Shown: positions 1 to 9,400 of the stretch, piece by piece
How positions within the stretch are numbered: the first letter of the stretch is position 1
How the letters are laid out: every line of letters begins with the position of its first letter
NCBI GenBank assembly: GCA_964057225.1
Contig: OZ059896.1
Location: forward strand, 12,028,001 to 12,092,000
DNA length: 64,000 bases
Direction of reading: 5' to 3'
Origin: Auanema rhodensis
Taxonomy: Eukaryota; Animalia; Nematoda
Translations under genes and position numbers: made by a program
The notes under the pieces: model-generated
Told to the model about the DNA's origin: nothing
The model's database searches: none
Seen by the model: only the letters and a program-made list of their open reading frames with translations

Positions 1-2896
1 ACATTAAAATATTTTGTATTTTCTAAACCATTTCACTCCATCTCTTTCATTTAATTCCATATTTTAAACAATTTTATATTTCTACCACGAATTCATAACT
101 TCATTTTTTAAATTTTTAATCATTAAAAAACATTTAAATTTCAATATTGTGGTGCTCAAAAACTGAAACAGTTGAATATTTTGTAATTTCTAAACCATTT
201 TACTCCATCTATTTTCTTTAATCCCATATTTTAAACAATTTTATATTTCTACCGCTATTTCATAATTTCATTTTTTAAATTTTTAATCATTAAAAAACAT
301 TCAAATTTCAATATTGTGATGCTCAAAAACTGAAACATTAAAATATTTTGTATTTTCTAAACCATTTCACTCCATCTCTTTCATTTAATTCCATATTTTA
401 AACAATTTTATATTTCTACCACGAATTCATAACTTCATTTTTTAAATTTTTAATCATTAAAAAACATTTAAATTTCAATATTGTGATGCTCAAAAACTGA
501 AACAGTTGAATATTTTGTATTTTCTAAACCATTTTACTCCATCGCTTTTATTTAATTCCTTATTTTGAACAATTTTATATTTCTACCACGAATTCATAAC
601 TTCATTTTTTAAATTTTTGATCATTAAAAAATATTTGAATTTCAATATTGTGATGCTCAAAAACTGAAACAGTTGAATATTTTGTATTTTCTAAACCATT
701 TTACTCCATCTATTTCATTTAATCCCACATTTTAAACAATTTTATATTTCTACCACGAATTCATAACTTCACTTTTTAAATTTTTGATCATTAAAAAATA
801 TTTAAATTTCAATATTGTGATGCTCAAAAACTGAAACAGTTGAATATTTCGTATTTTCTAAACCATTTCACTCCATCTCTTTCATTCAATTCCATATTTT
901 AAACAATTTTATATTTCTACCGCTATTTCATAATTTCATTTTTTAAATTTTTAATCATTAAAAAACATTTAAATTTCAATATTGTGATGCTCAAAAACTG
1001 AAACATTAAAATATTTTGTATTTTCTAAACCATTTCACTCCATCTCTTTCATTTAATTCCATATTTTAAACAATTTTATATTTCTACCACGAATTCATAA
1101 CTTCATTTTTTAAATTTTTAATCATTAAAAAACATTTAAATTTCAATATTGTGATGCTCAAAAACTGAAACATTTAAATATTTTGTATTTTCTAAACCAT
1201 TTTACTCCATCTCTTTCATTTAATCCCACATTTTAAACAATTTTATATTTCTACCGCTATTTCATAATTTCATTTTTTAAATTTTTAATCATTAAAAAAC
1301 ATTCAAATTTCAATATTGTGATGCTCAAAAACTGAAACATTAAAATATTTTGTATTTTCTAAACCATTTCACTCCATCTCTTTCATTTAATTCCATATTT
1401 TAAACAATTTTATATTTCTACCGCTATTTCATAATTTCATTTTTTAAATTTTTAATCATTAAAAAACATTTAAATTTCAATATTGTGATGCTCAAAAACT
1501 GAAACAGTTGAATATTTTGTATTTTCTAAACCATTTCACTCCATCTCTTTCATTCAATTCCATATTTTAAACAATTTTATATTTCTACCGCTATTTCATA
1601 ATTTCATTTTTTAAATTTTTAATCATTAAAAAACATTTAAATTTCAATATTGTGATGCTCAAAACCTGAAACATTTAAATATTTTGTATTTTCTAAACCA
1701 TTTCACTCCATCTCTTTCATTTAATTCCATATTTTAAACAGTTTTATATTTCTACCACGAATTCATAACTTCAATTTTTAAATTTTTAATCATTAAAAAA
1801 CATTTAAATTTCAATATTGTGATGCTCAAAAACTGAAACAGTTGAATATTTTGTATTTTCTAAACCATTTTACTCCATCTATTTCATTTAATCCCACATT
1901 TTAAACAATTTTATATTTCTACCGCTATTTCATAATTTCATTTTTTAAATTTTTAATCATTAAAAAACATTCAAATTTCAATATTGTGATGCTCAAAAAC
2001 TGAAACATTAAAATATTTTGTATTTTCTAAACCATTTCACTCCATCTCTTTCATTTAATTCCATATTTTAAACAATTTTATATTTCTACCACGAATTCAT
2101 AACTTCATTTTTTAAATTTTTAATCATTAAAAAACATTTAAATTTCAATATTGTGATGCTCAAAAACTGAAACATTTAAATATTTTGTATTTTCTAAACC
2201 ATTTCACTCCATCTCTTTCATTTAATTCCATATTTTAAACAATTTTATATTTCTACCACGAATTCATAACTTCATTTTTTTAATTTTTGATCATTAAAAA
2301 ACATTTAAATTTCAATATTGTGATGCTCAAAAACTGAAACAGTTGAATATTTTGTATTTTCTAAACCATTTTACTCCATCTCTTTCATTTAATTCCATAT
2401 TTTAAACAATTTTATATTTCTACCACGAATTCATAACTTCATTTTTTAAATTTTTGATCATTAAAAAACATTTAAATTTCAATATTGTGATGCTCAAAAA
2501 CTGAAACAGTTGAATATTTTGTATTTTCTAAACCATTTTACTCCATCGCTTTTATTTAATCCCATATTTTAAACAATTTTATATTTCTACCGCTATTTCA
2601 TAATTTCATTTTTCAAATTTTTAATCATCGAAAAACATTTAAATTTCAATATTGTGATGCTCAAAAACTGAAACATTTAAATATTTTGTATTTTCTAAAC
2701 CATTTCACTCCATCTCTTTCATTTGATTCCATATTTTAAACAATTTTATATTTCTACCACGAATTCATAACTTCACTTTTTAAATTTTTGATCATTAAAA
2801 AATATTTAAATTTCAATATTGTGATGCTCAAAAACTGAAACAGTTGAATATTTTGTATTTTCTAAACCATTTTACTCCATCTCTTTCATTTAATTC
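1..2896 (+). repeat. 167-bp AT-rich tandem satellite, segment 1 (~17 monomers)
   Basis: GCTCAAAAACTGAAACA landmark recurs at 154, 321, 488... (period 167). First monomer has 34 G+C in 167 bp (~20% GC). Monomers are highly similar. Confidence 0.98.
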
Positions 2897-3429
2897 TGTG
2901 CTGAAGCACTCTCATCCCGTGATAATAGTGTTCCTCCTTAGTTTAAGTTCAATTGTACTTCTTTATTGTCCTCTCTTTGTACTATCAATTATCCTCAACT
3001 ATCTAATCGATAATCCTGTAAGTTGTCACCAACGGCCGATTTGCCGATGAATCACCTATCGCTCTTTGCCATCTGATCCATTAGGCAAGATCTTAGGCGC
3101 GATAGCCGTCGCCCACTTGCAAGGGGGATGAATCACATAGGATTTAGACCCCTCCTCTCGCTTTCTACAATTAATACATTATCTATCACTACCGGGGACC
3201 TAGTATATAAACCCGCAATAATTCTTCTAAATCATGTCTCAATATCATTCTGCCACCGCTATCATCTTCCCGTCAATTTATTTCTGTTTTACTCGTATTG
3301 TATTCGTATCGCCGATAATAAACTCTTCTCTTGTACTCGCGTCTATTGCCTATTACTTGGACTAATATTCCACTACCACTGAACCACAAATGCCCGTTAT
3401 TCGCTCTCCAACTAGAGGACAAAACGACA
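2897..3429 (+). repeat. 5' LTR of BEL copy 1 (533 bp)
   Basis: TGTGCTGAAG...AAAACGACA; direct repeat of 11667-12199 with 3 substitutions (2987, 3063, 3191). Confidence 0.97.
3204..3211 (+). promoter_or_regulatory. Candidate LTR TATA box (TATATAAA)
   Basis: Canonical TATA in mid-LTR, ~110 bp upstream of AATAAA, the usual U3/R layout; present in all four LTRs. Confidence 0.65.
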
Positions 3430-6400
3430 TGGTGCATCAAGCCGAGTCCAACGAAGAAACTCGCGCCGAACAATGGAACAGCAGCTGCTCATTATTACTC
3501 GCTAAGCTCAAGGACAACGACGCAAGGAGGAAATCATATGCGGTACGTCAAGTTACTAATACCTCCAACAAAACCCCAAGCATGATTGACACCCGTGAAA
3601 GGGAGATTTCAAACATCAATGGGGACATCCTCGCCATCAACAAACTGATGGACGAGATGAAACACATCCCAACCGACCTACGCCCCGAGGACCAAAGTCG
3701 GATCACGAAGAACGAAGAAACTCTGCGGAAACACATCTCTACCCTACTGTCATACAGTAACGACATACAAGAACAAGTCAACTACCTGAAGGGTCTCAAC
3801 CACACTGAGAACAGCCCTGACCCAACACACACAGACAGTTCACAGCCTTCTGAGCACCACCTCATTGGAACTGCTGAACTCACACACGCCACACAACCTC
3901 GAAGCTGGGAAACATATCGATCACGGCCAACACTCAAACCTGTCGATATCCCACGCTTCGATGGCAACGTGAAAAGCTGGAAAAACTTTTGGTGCTTGTT
4001 CCACACACTGATACACTCATCGAACATGCCCACCATAGAAAAGTTTAACTACCTTCGCCAGTCATTAACAGGAGAAGCAGCTTCACAAATAGCTTCATTC
4101 CCAACGGATGAAGACTACTACTTCAGCGCAGTACATCACCTGCAGGATCTATATGATGATAACGACAACATCACACAACATCTCATGCTGGAATTTCTCC
4201 AGATACAAGCGAGAACATCCAACCAGCATGACCTCCTCTCCATGATGGACAAGATCGCAGGCATTTTTCGCCAAACTGAAGGAAACAGGAACGCCGAACT
4301 CAACTCCCTCGCTGTAGTTATCTTACACAAGAAACTACCAGGGAACCTTCTCCAAGAGATCTACAAATCATTCCCCTCGGAAAAAACACCTGACATCAGA
4401 GACCTAGTAGACATCACAAGGCGACATATCCGATGCCAAAACAAGGTGAAAATTTTCGCAGCAGATCGGTTCGAGAAACCAATCACACGAGTCTACAACT
4501 CACCACCAGGGAACACCTACAATTCCCAACGCAACAAACCAGAAGCTAAAAAACTAGCAAAAACATCCAGTTGCATCTTCTGCCAGAAACCTCACGCCCC
4601 ATGGGACTGTGACACAACAAAGTCGAGGAAGGAGCGTCTAACCATTCTCAACCAGGAAAAGAGATGCATCAACTGTCTCCGCAAAACACACAACACGGAG
4701 TCATGTCCAAGCAAACGAACATGCTCCAAATGCGGAGAAAAACACATCGACATCTTATGCGCTAATAAAAAGAAGACGACCAAAGTCAACTTAATTGAGA
4801 GCACACCCTACAATGACGAGGAAACCGAAGAACACACGGTTCAATTTTCCTCCCAGTTCTCTACCAATCAATTCAAAAGCGCCCTCCTTCCAATAGGAGA
4901 AATCAAGATAATGACGAATGGAAAATTTTCCACAATCCCTGCCATCTTGGACTCTGGATCGGACACATCTTTCATCGAAGAAGAACTTGCCAAAAAACTT
5001 CAACTACCCGTTATAGAATCTAAACGCGTAAAAATCAAGACTTTCGGCAACACAAAAAGCGTTGAACACCTCACAAAGGTGAAAGCAACAATCAAAGGAA
5101 CAGTCTCCAACATCACTGCACACCTTTGGACAAAAAAGACCTTGACGGGTCCCATCAAAACAGTCCGAATTCCAAAATCAGACAACTCCACCTTCAAATT
5201 AAATCAAGGAACCTACGTCAATCCACGCATACTCATAGGCTCCGATTTAATGTGGCAAGCTCTGACAGCCATTATACCAATCTCTGACGACCACATACAA
5301 GTCAAGACACAATTTGGAGACTTCATAACAGGAAAAGCAAGCGACCAACCATCCATCAACGCCTTCTCAGTTATAACTGGAAACACCTCTATCCCGATAG
5401 ACACATGGAACAAAAACTTCATCGAGGAGCAGCAAGAATTTACGGGAACCGAACAAGAAGAAAAACAAGCACGAGACAAACTAGTATTGGAACAATTCCA
5501 ATCCACCATCCAAAAAAGAGACGATGGTTATTACGTCTCCTTCCCATGGAAAGACAACATCAATCTTCTCCCCGACAACAAATCACTTGCTCACAGACGC
5601 CTCATAAGTCTAGTCGTAAAATTATCTCAACAACCAGATTCACTAGCAGCATACGACAAAATCATTCAAGAACAACTAGACAATGGAATAATCGAACCAG
5701 CAGAAGAACCATACCCTGACGCTCAAACGATACACTACATTGCTCATCAAGCAGTTCTGACCCCACAAAAGGAAACAACCAAACTAAGGATAGTATACGA
5801 CGCTTCCAGACACTACCAGAACAGACCCAGTCTGAACGACGTCATCCATCAAGGACCACTAATCCTACCATCACTAGTAGGAATGATTTTACGCTTCCGC
5901 TGCGGGAAAATGGCACTGATAGCAGACGTAAAGAAAGCATTTCTTCAAATAAGACTCCACGAGTCAGAACGTGACGCTACAAGATTCTTTTGGCTGAGAG
6001 ATATCTCCAAACCAATGAGCACCGAAAATACAAGAACCCTACGCTTCTGTAGAGTTCCCTTTGGAATCAATGCCTCGCCATTTCTCCTCGCAGCCACAAT
6101 TCGTCATCATCTGGAACAAAGAAGCAACGAAAACTTCCTAGCCCACCAAATTAAAGAGAACCTTTACGTGGACAACCTATTACTTGCCACAAACTCAGAA
6201 GAAGACCTCAAACTGGGATACCAAGAAACAAAGGACATATTCGCAGAAATGAACATGACACTACAAGAATTCATAACGAACAGTCCGGACTTCAACAAAA
6301 ACCTACTACTAGAGGAGAAAAACACCTCAGCAAAACCAAAAGTTCTTGGATTACCATGGGACACAGAAACGGACCAATGGATCATCCAAACCAAGCTTCC

Positions 6401-9400
6401 AGAAACAAAACTGACCAAACGTGGTATTACACAAGCCATTGCATCGATCTTTGACCCCATGGGTTTGATAAGTCCATGCCTACACCCACTACGACTCTTC
6501 CTACAGAATCTATGGACAGAGAATTACGACTGGGACACTACGTTGCCTGAAGAACACCAAAAAACATGGCATACACTAGCCGAAAACTTCAACTTCAACA
6601 AAACTCAGCAACGAGCCCTACCAGAAGATCCGAATCAACAGTACCACTTAGTTACCTGCACAGATTCTAGCGGATCAGCCCTAGGATTCTGCACATACCT
6701 CCTGGCAGCCACATCACGCATACCTACCTTGATCTTCGCTAAATCCAAGCTACACTCAAAGAACTCCAACATCACCATCCCGAAAGCAGAAATATCAGCT
6801 CTCACAGTAGGTGTCACAAACACCAACAAAATCATCAAAGAAATGAAAGACAACATCAAAATCTTGTCTACAACATTTTTATCGGACTCAGAAATAACGT
6901 TAGCATGGATAAGACGAAAACCTGATCAGAAGACAACAGGAGTCTTAGTACAAAACAGAATCAAGGAAATCTACGACCACATCGACCAAATCGAAGATAT
7001 GGATATCAAGACATACTTTGGTTACATCAACACCAAAGACAACCCAGCCGACATTGCCACAAGAGGTTGCACAACAGACGAGCTACTAAATCATTTCTGG
7101 TGGAATCCCAAAGCACAAATTGACAAAGCCATTAATGGTCCGCTCTTCTCATTACCTCAACCAGAAATCACAGTGAATACAGCTAGGACATCTGAAGAAT
7201 ACGAAGAATCCTGGCTAGAACACTGCAACACATGGATCCAAGCACAAGAAAAATGGATCGCAGAGAATTATTCGCTGTTAGAGAAACGACTACCGACACA
7301 TTACGAAGAAGCCGAACTGAACCTTCCCCATCTGCATCAACACAACCTACTCGTACGTCTTACAGCAGCACAACGAAACGACTTAAGACCACTGTTGAAA
7401 GATCATCTTTGGCACAGCCGCGGACGAATGCAGAATAGTGAACTAGATGAGAGTGCAAAACTTCCTATCATCGTCTTACCCAAAACAAGGACAGCCACCT
7501 TAATTATCGAACACGTCCACAACCAATTTCACAAAAGCACGTCACACACCATGGCCGAAGTTCGACAGAAATTCTGGATACCACAACTTCGCTCACAAAC
7601 CATCTCAGTCATACGAAGATGCGTAGAGTGCCAACGAATGAACAACCGACCATTCACGTACCCCCCCCCCTCTGGCGACATACCCAGCAGAAGACTCAAC
7701 CGAAGCCGACCATTCCAACACATAGGCCTCGACTACTTCGGACCGCTGACGGTAAAGGACAAACCTCACAAAGTATGGGGTTGCATCTATACCTGCACAG
7801 TCACACGCCTACTACACTTAGAAGTTATAGAAGACCTTACCACAAAAGCATTTCTTAACTGTCTAAGGAAGATATGGGCACGTAGAGGATATCCGGAAAG
7901 CATCACTTGCGATAACGCCACCACATTCGAACTAGGACAGAAAGTGGCGAACAGACTGTTCAGCATCGCCAACACGACACAAACAGGTGACAGCCATAAG
8001 ATAAAATGGCACAACATAACACCTTACGCCCCCTGGCAAGGAGGATTCTACGAACGCCTTATCCGATCAGTAAAAGACTCTCTTCACAAAACCATGAAGA
8101 ACATACCAACAAGCGAAGAACTGTCAATCACCTTAGCTGAATGTGAAGCAACACTCAACACTCGCCCACTCACATACATCGGATCCGACACAGGAACAGA
8201 TGAAATAATCAGACCATGTGACTTTATTCACAAAGACTTGGACCTTAACATTTCATTCCACTCGGACGATGACGACGAAGAATACCTCGACAACCCTGCC
8301 TTACAAACAAGAGCAGACACAGAAAAAGCCATCCATTCCTCCAGACAACGCACAAACAAATTCTGGGAGTTATGGATCGAACTCTACCTCAAAGAGTTAA
8401 GAGAACACCACAAGAACAACATCTCGGTGAAGAAAGCTGGTTCCAATCAACAGCCAAGAATCGACCAATACGTACTCATCAACGAGAGTCCGATACCTCG
8501 GTACAAATGGCCGATTGGAAAAATCACACATATCTCACCAGACAAGAACGGACAGACCAGAGAAGTCACGCTTCTTTCAGAATCAGGCAGAGAACTCAAA
8601 CGACCAGTGAACCTTCTACATCCGCTGGAACTCTCAGACGACGACATTCCTGAAAGACTACGAAACACCAATCCTTCGAGAGATGTCCCACCAATAAGGC
8701 AGTCTAATCCAAGGAACGTACCTAGATTATGGTACGGAGAACAAAGAACAAACCTATTCACCTTTCTATCAATATTCTCAATACTTCTACCCATCATCTC
8801 TGCCACACCAACAATATCTTGCAACTACCAAGGAGTTCAAATTCAAGGAATCTCGACAAACAATCAACAAGTATGCATCCACAACACATGCTATAACAAC
8901 AGCCACGATGGAAACCTTATATTTCCCCCAGCGGACATCCTAACCAACTACGACGTAAGCTGGACCTTCCAACACAATTCCAGAATTCATCACATGATGA
9001 TCACATGCCCAGCGGTACATTTCTGCTCCACTGTCACATGCACCTTCTGCACTGCTACACTTTTCAATCCATCTTGCTGGCCATGGACATCAATGCTACT
9101 TCTCACATTTCTTACATACATGCTCACAGCCTTATGCTACGGCATTCTATACACACCATGGGTCATAGGAAAACCAATCCGACTTTGGATACGATTATGC
9201 ACCACCATCATAATGACCATAATCAAGACGATCCGACACACACGTCAACCGAGGCCGCACAAATCAGCCATACCACTCCTAGCTCTGATGAGTTTGATAC
9301 AAGTCACCTTCTCATGCCAAGAACTCGCGATCACATCCTCCGAACAGTCCACTTGCATCCAAGAGAAATGCCACATACAAACCACGCATAATCTCAACAT

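Noticed and set aside
1-167. Assigning the satellite to a named family or species
   Set aside because: Monomers of about 167 bp with EcoRI sites occur in unrelated taxa; identity cannot be established without a database search.
2844-3050. 68-aa hydrophobic ORF
   Set aside because: Chance frame spanning the satellite/LTR junction with a non-ATG start.
3128-3382. 84-aa ORF repeated four times (also 11898, 54623, 63390)
   Set aside because: It lies wholly within the LTR and starts upstream of the TATA box; it recurs only because the LTR does.
3543-8580. Spliced env mRNA using donor GTACGT (3543) and acceptor TTTCAG (8575-8580)
   Set aside because: The donor is phase 0 and the acceptor phase 1, so the product hits a stop within ~10 codons. 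No in-frame ATG lies between the acceptor and the Env signal peptide. Another donor cannot be excluded without RNA data.
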